A stretch of DNA of 64,000 nucleotides from Candidatus Geothrix odensensis (GTDB taxonomy: Bacteria; Acidobacteriota; Holophagae; Holophagales; Holophagaceae): the NCBI GenBank assembly GCA_016714685.1, contig JADKCH010000003.1, positions 26,815 through 90,814 of the forward strand, read 5' to 3'. This document shows positions 32,623-41,323 of this stretch, in pieces. Position 1 is the stretch's first letter, and each line of letters opens with the position of its first letter. The translations under genes were made by a program, and so were the position numbers. The notes beneath the pieces were generated by a model. That model made no database searches and was not told the origin of the DNA. It saw only the letters and a program-made list of their open reading frames with translations.

Positions 32623-32638
32623 TGTGATCTGCGTCACC
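32623..32638. promoter_or_regulatory. Crp/Fnr-type operator
   Basis: TGTGA-TCTGCG-TCACC upstream of the second Rrf2 gene. Confidence 0.65.
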
Positions 32639-32802
32639 CCTGGGAACGGCCGGAACGTCACTTAGAAAAAACATAGGCCCCGGCGGGGGCCATGGCCCCC
32701 GAGAGTCGGCAGCCTCGGGGAGGTCCGTTCCCGCCTCCCGTACGCAGCAAGGCCGGACCATGCCGAGGCCCGGCCTGCACGTGTCCCTGGGAAAGCCTGT
32801 GG

Positions 32803-33153
32803 CTATTTCTTCGCGGCGGGCTTTTTGACGCTGGGCGCCGGCGACTGCCTCGCCACGACCTTGTCCTTGATGGAAGCGTAGACCTCCGCCGAGACGATGT
32901 TCTGCGTCACCAGGCGGGCCTTGGTCGGATAGGGACGCCCGGCCACGATCTTGGCCGCAAGCCCCACGTCGATGCCGAGCATGAAGGAGATCTCCTCCTT
33001 GGTGGCGCTGTTGATGTCCACCGGCTTGAGCTTGCCCTTGGTGCGTGTCATGGGCGCCACGGGCTTGGCCGGGGCCTGGGCCTGGAGCATCAGGCCACTG
33101 CCCAGAAGCAGGGCGAGGGCACCGACAGTGGAATGGAAGCGGGAGCAATTCAT
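32803..33153 (-). CDS. Secreted helix-hairpin-helix protein (ComEA-like)
   Basis: Signal peptide plus VDINSATKEEI..LGID..LAAKIVAGRPY; RBS GAGG. Confidence 0.82.
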   Translation of the reverse strand: MNCSRFHSTVGALALLLGSGLMLQAQAPAKPVAPMTRTKGKLKPVDINSATKEEISFMLGIDVGLAAKIVAGRPYPTKARLVTQNIVSAEVYASIKDKVVARQSPAPSVKKPAAKK

Positions 33154-33204
33154 CGAAGACCTCTTGGAAGCGGCAAGGCTGTTGAGCAAACGAACCTGAA
33201 GCAT

Positions 33205-33282
33205 ACAAAGAAACAACCCGGATACGGTGAGGCATCCGGGTTGTTCGGTTCAAGGGGAGGAGCGGGTCACCCCGCTCCTCCC
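33205..33282 (-). terminator. Two tandem hairpins/terminator after the decaheme gene
   Basis: gggaggagcggg...cccgctcctccc (33255-33282), then aacaacccggat...atccgggttgtt followed by a T-rich run on the minus strand. Confidence 0.75.
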
Positions 33283-33292
33283 GGGCTGATGA

Positions 33293-35905
33293 CTACTTGT
33301 GGATCTTGACGGGATCGAAGTCGGAGCCGGCGCCATGGCAGACGGCGCAGGATTCGCCCGCGATGTTCAGGCTGCTGCGGGTCACCTTGATCTGGCCACC
33401 GTTCAAGGTCATGTGGGCCTTGGCGGGAGCGCTGTCATGGCAGGTGACGCAAGCGGCGGTGAACGGGGTGATCATGATGTCACCAACGTTGGAGGTCGCC
33501 AGGGCGGCCTTGGCCAGGACGGTGGTGGTCATGCCGGCAGGATTGACGGCCTCTTCCCGGGTGGGCAGGAGGGCGCCGGAAGTCGGCACGTTGTAGCCGT
33601 TGTAGGTGTGGCAGCTCTGGCAGTTGCTCAGGATGCCAGGGAAGCCGATGGCACCGCCGTCGATGACGTTGACAGCGCTGGGGGTCCGGTCACGCACGAT
33701 CTTGATGGGGCTCGTGCGGTCCTTGCCAGCGTGGATGCCGTGGATCATGTCCTTCATGTTGTTGCTGGTCTGGGGGAAGGCCAGAGCCACGTTGGTGCCG
33801 CCCGCGGTGACGGGGTTCACGCTGAAGTCGACGCCGGTCCAGGTGGTCAGGGTCGCCTTCTGGTCGGTGGTGAAGTTGGGGTAGAAGGCCGACAGGTTGG
33901 CATCGGGCATGCCCTTGCCGCTGGTGACGAGGCCAGGCACGTGGCACTGGACGCAGATCTGGACGGAGAAGACGCGGTTGCCGCCGTGCCCTTCGAACCA
34001 CTCGTGGCAGTTCGCGCACTTGTTGTTGTCGATGACGACGCGGCGGGTGGTGTCGCCCGTGATGGTCCGGACCACGGAGATGGCGTGGCGGGCGGCCGCG
34101 GGGGCGATCTGGGTGAAGTAGCCCTGGAGGCCCACCTGGCGGAGCTTGGCGCCGGCAGGAATGACGCGGGTGGGGCCTACGATGGTGGCGGTGTAGTAGC
34201 CCTGGGCATCAGGGGCGGAGAGGGTTCCGTCCGTGGCGGCCTTGGCGGTGTCCAGCAGCGCGGCGATGGAGACGGAGCGGGGCTGGTAGTTCGACGCAGA
34301 GGGCGCGCCGTCGTTGGCCAACAGGTTGTTGAAGTCGGCGGGGGCGGCGATGCCGTCCTGCTGCATGCTCCAGGCCAGCTGGAAGCTGGGGGAGCCGGTG
34401 AAGCCGGCCAGCGGGTTCGCCATGGGGGTGGCGGCGGGCAGGAAGACCACGGGCGCGGGGGTGGAGCCGTCCGTGGACTGCATGATGCGGAACTTGATGA
34501 CCACGTCGCCGCCGGAGACGGTCTGGGTGGCGCTGCTGATCTCGTAGGTGAAGTTCGTCAGGCCCGCGGCGACCGTGGGGTTGTGCTTGGTCACGTTGAC
34601 GGTCTGGTGGTAGGTGGCGACGTCGGCGGGCAGGTGGCAGATGGCGCAGGCAGCGTCATCGTTCTGGGCGGGGACGCCGGGGCCGTGGCCGGTGGCGAAG
34701 GCCACGCCGTCATGGCAGGTGCCGCAGGCCAGGCGGGTGGGCTTGGTCTTCCAGTTGGCGGCCTGGGGGACATCCGAGTGGCACTTGGCGCACATGCGCA
34801 CGCCATTGTCGAGCATCGAGTAGCCGAGCTTGTCGAAGAGGACGCCGGCATAGGCGTAGCCGTCCTTGGACAGGCCGGTGCCCATGTGGATGCGGTGGAC
34901 CATGGCGGTCATCTCGCCGGCGGCGGCGCCACCGATCTTGCGGGTCTCACCGGAGTAGCCGGTGGCCGTGGTGGTGGCCTCGGCGTACCCGTACTTGCGC
35001 TGGTCGGTGTGGCAGACCACGCAGTAGCGGGCTTCCACGCGGCCGCCGCCATGGAAGGCGAGCTTGTCGTGGCACTCGTTGCACTTGTTGATGGAGACGA
35101 CGTCGCGGATGTCCGTACCGGCAGCCACAGGCAGGCCGGTGGCGGGCACGAAGTCGTAGTTCACGTTGATGGGGTTCTCCATGTTCACGGAGGTGGCCAC
35201 CGTCACGCCGTCGGGCGTGTTGCTGCCGGTGCCGCGGGCCGCGCCAGCGAACTGGAAGGCCATGCGGTGGACCAGGTTCGGCTGGTAGGTCACATCACCG
35301 AGATCGGCGCGGCTGTTGGGGGCCGTGAAGGTGTAGGCATCCAGGAGGCCCTGCACCTGCGTGATGTTGCGGAAGAAGGTGTAGGTGTAGGTGCCATCAC
35401 CATTGCCGACCATGGTGCCGGTGGTGTCGGTGCCGGGGCGGCCGGGGGTGCCGGTGGCGCCCATCACCATGTAGCTCACCCACTTGCTGGGGGCCTTGGT
35501 GGTGGCATCTTCGGGAACCAGCTTCGCCACGGCGAAGGCGAAGTTGCGGTAGGTCTTGACGCCAGCGCTGGTGGAGTAGAAGGCTTCCAGGCCCTTGATG
35601 CCATTGCCGGCAGCGTCGGTGATCCGGAAGTTCACGACCGGCGCACCACCCATGGTCACACCGGTGATGGTGCCCACGGGCTTGAGGGCGGCCCACTGCT
35701 CGGGGGTGAGCTGGGCGGCGTCGACGGTGGAAGTGGCGGCCGGGCCGGTGGGGCCGGTGGGGCCGGTGGGGCCGGTGGGGCCGGCAGGGCCGGCGGCGCC
35801 GGTGGCGCCGGTGGCGCCGGACTTGCCGTTGCAACCGATCAGCACGAGGGCGATCGCTGCGGTGGCCAGGAGCCCGCAGAGCTGTTTCAGAGGACGGTGC
35901 TTCAT
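33293..35905 (-). CDS. OmcA/MtrC-family decaheme c-type cytochrome lipoprotein with collagen-like linker
   Basis: Lipobox LIG-C; ten CxxCH motifs in two groups of five (CNECH, CVVCH, CAKCH, CGTCH, CAICH; CANCH, CVQCH, CQSCH, CVTCH, CAVCH); HGG.R and H.IH motifs. Confidence 0.93.
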   Translation of the reverse strand: MKHRPLKQLCGLLATAAIALVLIGCNGKSGATGATGAAGPAGPTGPTGPTGPTGPAATSTVDAAQLTPEQWAALKPVGTITGVTMGGAPVVNFRITDAAGNGIKGLEAFYSTSAGVKTYRNFAFAVAKLVPEDATTKAPSKWVSYMVMGATGTPGRPGTDTTGTMVGNGDGTYTYTFFRNITQVQGLLDAYTFTAPNSRADLGDVTYQPNLVHRMAFQFAGAARGTGSNTPDGVTVATSVNMENPINVNYDFVPATGLPVAAGTDIRDVVSINKCNECHDKLAFHGGGRVEARYCVVCHTDQRKYGYAEATTTATGYSGETRKIGGAAAGEMTAMVHRIHMGTGLSKDGYAYAGVLFDKLGYSMLDNGVRMCAKCHSDVPQAANWKTKPTRLACGTCHDGVAFATGHGPGVPAQNDDAACAICHLPADVATYHQTVNVTKHNPTVAAGLTNFTYEISSATQTVSGGDVVIKFRIMQSTDGSTPAPVVFLPAATPMANPLAGFTGSPSFQLAWSMQQDGIAAPADFNNLLANDGAPSASNYQPRSVSIAALLDTAKAATDGTLSAPDAQGYYTATIVGPTRVIPAGAKLRQVGLQGYFTQIAPAAARHAISVVRTITGDTTRRVVIDNNKCANCHEWFEGHGGNRVFSVQICVQCHVPGLVTSGKGMPDANLSAFYPNFTTDQKATLTTWTGVDFSVNPVTAGGTNVALAFPQTSNNMKDMIHGIHAGKDRTSPIKIVRDRTPSAVNVIDGGAIGFPGILSNCQSCHTYNGYNVPTSGALLPTREEAVNPAGMTTTVLAKAALATSNVGDIMITPFTAACVTCHDSAPAKAHMTLNGGQIKVTRSSLNIAGESCAVCHGAGSDFDPVKIHK
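35738..35827 (-). repeat. Collagen-like (Gly-X-Y)10 coding tandem repeat
   Basis: GKSGATGATGAAGPAGPTGPTGPTGPTGPA, encoded by 9-bp units such as ggggccggt. Confidence 0.9.
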
Positions 35906-36012
35906 GGTCTTGTCTCCCTTGAGGTTTTGGGGGTGGAGCGTGATGTGAAGGTTCAGATCAACTGCAGGTCACTTTGTTCGGGATATCGCACCTCCTGTCG
36001 GAGCAGGGTCCC

Positions 36013-36684
36013 TCAGGGGGCCGTGGTGGGCAGGATGCGGATACCGGCAGGCGAGGAGATGGTCGTGCTGTGGCACATGGTGTCGTTCAGGCAGCCCGGG
36101 GCGGTGCCGGCGGGCGGCGTGGTCAGCGGGTGGACGGTGGAGTTGGCGCCGGCCGCGTGACACTTGAAGCACTCGGGGACATTGGCCTGATCGGTGAAGA
36201 TGTGGTTGGTCAGGGTCGCGGTGGTGCCGGTCCAGGGCTTGTCCGGATGGGGCGCCTTGGTGTGGCAGGCCTTGCAGGAATTGGCGACGCCGCCGGCGTA
36301 GGTGGCGCCATGGCACTTGGCGCAGTGGCTGAAGCCCACCATGGCGATCGGATTGGCACTGGGCGCCTGCTTGGCGGCCAGGCCATGCTGGGCGGGCGCA
36401 GCCCACCCGGCCGGGTGGTTAACACCGCCGGTGTGGCAGGTGAAGCAGCTGACCTTGGAGATGCCGCCGGCCAGCGCGGAATCGGTGGTGGAGCCGTGGC
36501 AGGTCTGGCACTGCTCAGGCGTCGCGATGTAGGAGGCGTAGTGGACCTGGATCCAGTTGGCCGGGTGCTGGCCCTTGATCTCCTCGAACGGGACGGCCTT
36601 CTGGGCCTTCCCGGCGCAGCCCCAGGCCAACAGGGCCAGGGCCATCGCAAAACAACTGCCCGCCATCCATTTAACGTTGCGCAT
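36013..36684 (-). CDS. Multiheme c-type cytochrome lipoprotein (5 CxxCH plus one CX5CH)
   Basis: Lipobox AWG-C; CQTCH, CFTCH, CAKCH, CKACH, CFKCH and CLNDTMCH; repeated HP..W motifs. Confidence 0.9.
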   Translation of the reverse strand: MRNVKWMAGSCFAMALALLAWGCAGKAQKAVPFEEIKGQHPANWIQVHYASYIATPEQCQTCHGSTTDSALAGGISKVSCFTCHTGGVNHPAGWAAPAQHGLAAKQAPSANPIAMVGFSHCAKCHGATYAGGVANSCKACHTKAPHPDKPWTGTTATLTNHIFTDQANVPECFKCHAAGANSTVHPLTTPPAGTAPGCLNDTMCHSTTISSPAGIRILPTTAP

Positions 36685-36713
36685 CGTATTCCCCTTCGAG
36701 ACTCAGCGGATGA

Positions 36714-37187
36714 CTACCGATGACAAGCGCGGCACTTGTCGTTGTTGGCGCGGCCGTGGCAGGTGTAGCAGCTCGACGGATCCATCTTCCCTTCCAGCTT
36801 GTGGAGGGTCAGGTAGTCGCCACGGTGCGGCGCCAGGCGATCCGGACTGTCGCTCAGCTTGATGGCCGGCTTCATGGGCACCTTGCCGCCGTGGCAGTCC
36901 GAGCAGAAGGACTGGGCATGGCAGGAGGCGCAGGTGTTGGCGTCCTGGTTGGCCTGATACTTGTGGCTCTTCACGAACGTCTGGGTGTGGTCGAAGGAGG
37001 CGTAGGGCTTGAGCGCGCCCTTGGACACATCCGTGGTGTGGCACTCGGAGCACATGGGCCGGCCGGCACCCACGCCCTCGGGGTGGGTCGCCGCGAAGCT
37101 GGTCTCAGGCGAGATCAGGCTGCAGGCCATGAGCAGGCCCAGGCCGAACAGGACACCGACAAACTGGAGGATGGACTTGCGGGCCAT
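36714..37187 (-). CDS. Pentaheme c-type cytochrome, putative lipoprotein
   Basis: LMA-C lipobox-like motif; CSECH, CASCH, CSDCH, CYTCH, CRACH. Confidence 0.9.
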   Translation of the reverse strand: MARKSILQFVGVLFGLGLLMACSLISPETSFAATHPEGVGAGRPMCSECHTTDVSKGALKPYASFDHTQTFVKSHKYQANQDANTCASCHAQSFCSDCHGGKVPMKPAIKLSDSPDRLAPHRGDYLTLHKLEGKMDPSSCYTCHGRANNDKCRACHR

Positions 37188-38566
37188 TACTGACCTCCCT
37201 TCTTACCAAAGCCGAACCGATACTCGGCACGCAGCAGACCACGGGTCTCGTCCTTGGCCACCGGCGTGCTGCCGCGGCTGATGTCGCCCGACACCTTCAG
37301 GTTCTCGGTCGCCTTGAAGCCCACCGAAGCCACCACCTCGTAGAGGCTGGTGAGCCCGTTCAGGTAGGGGTTGCCTTCCTTGTACTGCTGGACGATGCCG
37401 TCGAGGCTCAGCGAGAGCCGCTTCCGCTCGATCATGGTGAAGGCGCGGAGTTCCGTGTGGGACAGGCTGCGGCCGGGGGCCGTGGGGTCCACCTGGATGG
37501 TCTTGCTGGCGCTCACGGAGCGAACGCCCAGGCCGGCCATGTAGTGCTTCTCGGTGGAGGCGTAGCGGAGCTCGCCGCCAAAGCGGTTCACGTCGCCGAA
37601 GGACTCCCGGTTCATGTGGCGGAAATCGGCGACCAGCTGCAGGTTGCCCGTGGCGCTCACCGTCAGGCTGCCGCCGTAGCCCTTGTACTTGTCCTTCTCG
37701 TCCTGCCGGAACAGCGAAGGCAGGTTCGTGCCCGCGAAGTAGGCGTAGAAGTTCCGCTCGGCGACGTTGGCCGTGAGGGTCACCTTGGAACCGAACTTCA
37801 CGATGGCCGTGTAGTCGTGCTCGGCGATGTTCGAGGGCTTCTCGGTCCCCGCGGGCAGCGCCGCGTGATCGGCCACATCGAAGATCGTCCGGCCGCGCAG
37901 CTGGAACGCCGGCGCCGGCGCGATCAGGACATCCACGCCCATCTGCTTGCGGGTGTAGTCCACCGGGGTGGGCAGCGGCAGGTCCTTGGCGGCCTTGGTG
38001 CCATCCTGCAGGTAGGAGACGCCGATTTCGCCGAGCTTGGAGAGGCGCCAGCCGAGCCGGGTCCCGAAGATGAAATCGCGCTGGAAGTCGTAGTCCTTCT
38101 GGGCGGTGGGGTCCACCGTCTTATAGAGGACCGGTCGGCCGCCGAAGGCCGACACGGTGAAGCCACCGCGGAGGTCCGTCCGCAGGCTGATGCCGTCCAC
38201 CTGCTCGAAGCCCGTGCCCTGGCTCACCGTGAAGCGGCCCGCCTTGATCTCGGCGTTCGCCTGGTTGAACCGGTACTGCAGGTACCCGAAGTTCAGGTAG
38301 CCCGAGGTCTTCGAGCCATCCAGGTTGCTCGAATCCGACAGGTCCGTCCGCCCCCATCCGAACAGGTGCAGGGAGAGGTTGTCGGAGCCCAGCTTGTTGG
38401 CATCGATGCCCAGGTACTGGGTCGCCGGCGTGTAGGTCGCCTTGTCCAACCCCACCTCCGACTTCCACATCTGCGCCATGGTCGTGCCATACAGGCTGAC
38501 CTCCTGGCCCCAGGCCGTCGCTGACATCAGGGTGGCTAGCAGGGCCACAAGGTTGTGTCGTTTCAT
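37187..38566 (-). CDS. Putative outer-membrane beta-barrel (porin) of a porin-cytochrome complex
   Basis: Signal peptide ending AWG-Q; alternating amphipathic strands rich in G/Y/F; near-terminal LRAEYRF; 1-nt overlap with the cytochrome gene. Confidence 0.78.
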   Translation of the reverse strand: MKRHNLVALLATLMSATAWGQEVSLYGTTMAQMWKSEVGLDKATYTPATQYLGIDANKLGSDNLSLHLFGWGRTDLSDSSNLDGSKTSGYLNFGYLQYRFNQANAEIKAGRFTVSQGTGFEQVDGISLRTDLRGGFTVSAFGGRPVLYKTVDPTAQKDYDFQRDFIFGTRLGWRLSKLGEIGVSYLQDGTKAAKDLPLPTPVDYTRKQMGVDVLIAPAPAFQLRGRTIFDVADHAALPAGTEKPSNIAEHDYTAIVKFGSKVTLTANVAERNFYAYFAGTNLPSLFRQDEKDKYKGYGGSLTVSATGNLQLVADFRHMNRESFGDVNRFGGELRYASTEKHYMAGLGVRSVSASKTIQVDPTAPGRSLSHTELRAFTMIERKRLSLSLDGIVQQYKEGNPYLNGLTSLYEVVASVGFKATENLKVSGDISRGSTPVAKDETRGLLRAEYRFGFGKKGGQ

Positions 38567-38699
38567 GGTTCGCCTCATCTCGCAGTGCGCTTTGCGTTTG
38601 GCAGTTTCAGAAGACGAGTGGTGCCTGGGACGGAATTTTCGGAAGGGCGGGGATCCAATTGATCTTCGGGTCAGGATCGACAGTAGGCCGCTATTTAGC

Positions 38700-38880
38700 C
38701 GACCTCAAGAGAGAGAATGCATAATCCAGTATTCTTAAATGGTTCTATAGTGTGGTGTTATCACGCATTCGTGACAATTGAAAACATTTCATAACATCAT
38801 GTTAATTATCAACAATATGATAATTGAAATATTGGTTAAAAATAGGCATTCATGCTGTTTTGCAGGTATTTTCGAAATCA
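38700..38880. promoter_or_regulatory. AT-rich divergent control region with stacked palindromes
   Basis: TCACG-N4-CGTGA (38761-38774), TAACAT-C-ATGTTA (38792-38804), AATTATCA-N6-TGATAATT (38804-38825). Confidence 0.6.
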
Positions 38881-38895
38881 CCCTGCGGACAAAGT

Positions 38896-39017
38896 TGTGA
38901 CCTGTGGCACTGGGAAAGGTTCCCGGGAAATTCCCCTCCCTTTTTGGCTCCCCCAGATGGCTCTGTGACCCCGCGCACACGGGGCCGTCCGTAGAGACCC
39001 GTGTGACCCCTGACACG
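38896..39017. promoter_or_regulatory. Three tandem Crp/Fnr-type sites between the cytochrome operon and iorA
   Basis: TGTGA-CCTGTG-GCACT (38896), TGTGA-CCCCGC-GCACA (38964), TGTGA-CCCCTG-ACACG (39002). Confidence 0.6.
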
Positions 39018-39064
39018 GGCCGGGCCCCACATACTTCCCGGCTGGAATGAAGGTGGAGGTTGAC

Positions 39065-40726
39065 ATGGCTCAGGGGACCCTGGCGCTAGGCGTGGAGGCG
39101 GTGGGCTGTGCGGCCTTCGATGCCGGCATCAAGGGCGCGTTCGGTTACCCGGGCACGCCGTCCACCGAGGGGTTCGAGTTCGTGGAGGCCATGATCCAGG
39201 CCGAACCCGAGGGCCGCGTGGCCCAGTGGGCCGCCAATGAAAAGGTGGCCTACGACCTGGCCCTGGGCGTCAGCTACGCCGGTCACCGCACCCTGGTGAC
39301 CATGAAGCACGTGGGCCTCAACGTGGCCATGGACGCCTACGCCAACTCGGCACTCACGGGCGTCCGGGGCGGCCTCGTGCTGCTGGTGGCAGACGATCCC
39401 GGCATGCACAGCAGCCAGAACGAGCAGGACAGCCGCCGCCTGGCCAAGTTCGCCTGGCTGCCCGTCCTGGAGCCCAGCACCGTCCAGGAGTGCTACGACT
39501 TCACCTGGCGCGCCTTCGAGCTGTCCGAGTCCCTCCAGGTGCCCGTCATGGTGCGCCTGGTGACCCGCCTGGCCCACTGCCGCGCGCACCTCGTCCGGCG
39601 CGACGTGCTGCAGCCCACCGGCCTGGGCGTCGCCCCCAAGGAGACCATCCAGGACTGGGTGCTCATCCCCTCCAACGCCCGCCGCCGCTATGTGGACCTG
39701 CTGGCCAAGCAGCCGCGCATGGTGGCCGAGCTCGCCCCCATGAACCGCGTCGTGGCGGGCACCGGCCGCCGCGGCGTGGCCCTGGCTGGCATGGGCCGGG
39801 CCTACTTCGAGCAGCTGGCCCTTGAGCACCCCGAGCTGCTGGACATGCCCCGCCTGGAGGTCGCCGCCTACCCCATGGACCCGGGCCTCGAGCCGGTCTT
39901 CCTCGGCCTGGTGGACGAGGTCTTCGTGTTCGAGGAGGACTATCCGGTGCTGGAGGAGCGCCTGACCTTCCAGCGGGCCGGCACCATTCATGGCCGCATG
40001 GACGGCGCCTTGCCCCGCACGGGAGAGCTGACCCCGCGCCTGCTCAAGGATGCCCTCGGCCTGCGCACTGCCGATGGCAAGGCCGCCAGCACCCTGGACC
40101 TGCCGATCCGCGCCCCCCGGTTCTGCGATGGCTGCGGCCATGTGGATGCCTATGAAGCCATGCAGGAGGCCCTGCAGAACCTGGGCCTGCCCGGCACCCG
40201 CGTCTTCGGCGACATCGGCTGCTACACCCTGGCCGCCCAGGAGCCCATGAGCGCCATCCACGCCGTGGTCGAGATGGGCGCCAGCATCAGCATGGCCGTG
40301 GGCGCGGCCATGGCCGGGCAGACTCCCTCCGTCGCCGTCATCGGCGACTCGACCTTCGGCCACAGCGGCCTGCCCGCGCTGCTGACCGCCGCCGATTCCG
40401 GTGTGAACGTCACCATCATGATCCTCGACAACCGCGTGGTGGGCATGACGGGCCAGCAGCCCAGCCAGGCCCTTGATCAGGTGGAACGCATGGTGCTCGG
40501 CATGGGCATCCCCGCCTCCCAGGTCCAGGTCCTCACGCCGCTGCCCAAGCAGCACGAGGCCAACGTCAAGGCCATGGAAGCCGCCCTTCAGCACCCGGGG
40601 CCCTCGGTGGTCGTCTTCCGGCGGGAGTGCATCCAGTCGCTCCGCCGGGGCGTCCTCAAAGAACACGACCAGGAACTGAAGGCCTGCGCGGAGCAGGCCT
40701 GCTGCAGCACGGAGGCCCGCCCATGA
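39065..40726 (+). CDS. iorA: Indolepyruvate:ferredoxin oxidoreductase alpha subunit
   Basis: GYPGTPSTE, NEKVA, MKHVGLNVA, DDPGMHSSQNEQDSR, FCDGCGH, DIGCYTL, GDSTFGHSG. Confidence 0.95.
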   Translation: MAQGTLALGVEAVGCAAFDAGIKGAFGYPGTPSTEGFEFVEAMIQAEPEGRVAQWAANEKVAYDLALGVSYAGHRTLVTMKHVGLNVAMDAYANSALTGVRGGLVLLVADDPGMHSSQNEQDSRRLAKFAWLPVLEPSTVQECYDFTWRAFELSESLQVPVMVRLVTRLAHCRAHLVRRDVLQPTGLGVAPKETIQDWVLIPSNARRRYVDLLAKQPRMVAELAPMNRVVAGTGRRGVALAGMGRAYFEQLALEHPELLDMPRLEVAAYPMDPGLEPVFLGLVDEVFVFEEDYPVLEERLTFQRAGTIHGRMDGALPRTGELTPRLLKDALGLRTADGKAASTLDLPIRAPRFCDGCGHVDAYEAMQEALQNLGLPGTRVFGDIGCYTLAAQEPMSAIHAVVEMGASISMAVGAAMAGQTPSVAVIGDSTFGHSGLPALLTAADSGVNVTIMILDNRVVGMTGQQPSQALDQVERMVLGMGIPASQVQVLTPLPKQHEANVKAMEAALQHPGPSVVVFRRECIQSLRRGVLKEHDQELKACAEQACCSTEARP

Positions 40727-41322
40727 GCGAACCCCGCATCCACGGCATTGTATTAGGCGGCGTCGGCGGCCAGGGGGTCCTCTCCCTCGCCCAGATCGTC
40801 CTCGAAGCGCTGCGCCGCAGCGGCCTCCACGCGCTGCAGTCCGAGATCCACGGCATGAGCCAGCGGGGCGGCAGCGTCCACGCCCAGGTCTGCTTCTCGG
40901 AGGTTCCCCTCAGCTCGCCCATCATCGATGAGGGCTGCGCCAACCTGCTCATCGCCCTCGAGCCCCTGGAGGCCCTGCGCTACGTGGCCATGCTGCGCAT
41001 GGATGGCCACCTGGTCGTGTCCGAGGAACCGCAGGTGAACATGGAGGGCTACCCGCCCTTGGATGACGTCTATGCCGCCCTGAAGAAGGTCCGCGGCTGC
41101 CACCTGGTGGACACCGAGGACCTGGCCCGCAAGCTCAAGCACAAGCAGGCTGGCGGCATGGCACTCCTGGGCATGGCCTCCAAGTTCCTGCCCGTCTCCG
41201 ATGCCGTCTGGCACGACGTCATCACCGACCGCTTCGCCGCCAAGGGCGCCCGGGTCACCGAGAAGAACATCGAGGCCTTCAACGCGGGCCGGGGCCTGGT
41301 CCAGGAAGCAGTGGGAGTCTGA
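40723..41322 (+). CDS. iorB: Indolepyruvate:ferredoxin oxidoreductase beta subunit
   Basis: GVGGQGV, SEIHGMSQRGGSV, LEPLEALRY; ATGA overlap with iorA. Confidence 0.95.
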   Translation: MSEPRIHGIVLGGVGGQGVLSLAQIVLEALRRSGLHALQSEIHGMSQRGGSVHAQVCFSEVPLSSPIIDEGCANLLIALEPLEALRYVAMLRMDGHLVVSEEPQVNMEGYPPLDDVYAALKKVRGCHLVDTEDLARKLKHKQAGGMALLGMASKFLPVSDAVWHDVITDRFAAKGARVTEKNIEAFNAGRGLVQEAVGV

Positions 41323-41323
41323 C

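Noticed and set aside
38780-38860. AT-rich region as a replication origin
   Set aside because: Only one DnaA-box-like 9-mer (TTATCAACA) and no dnaA/gid context. A divergent promoter explains it better.
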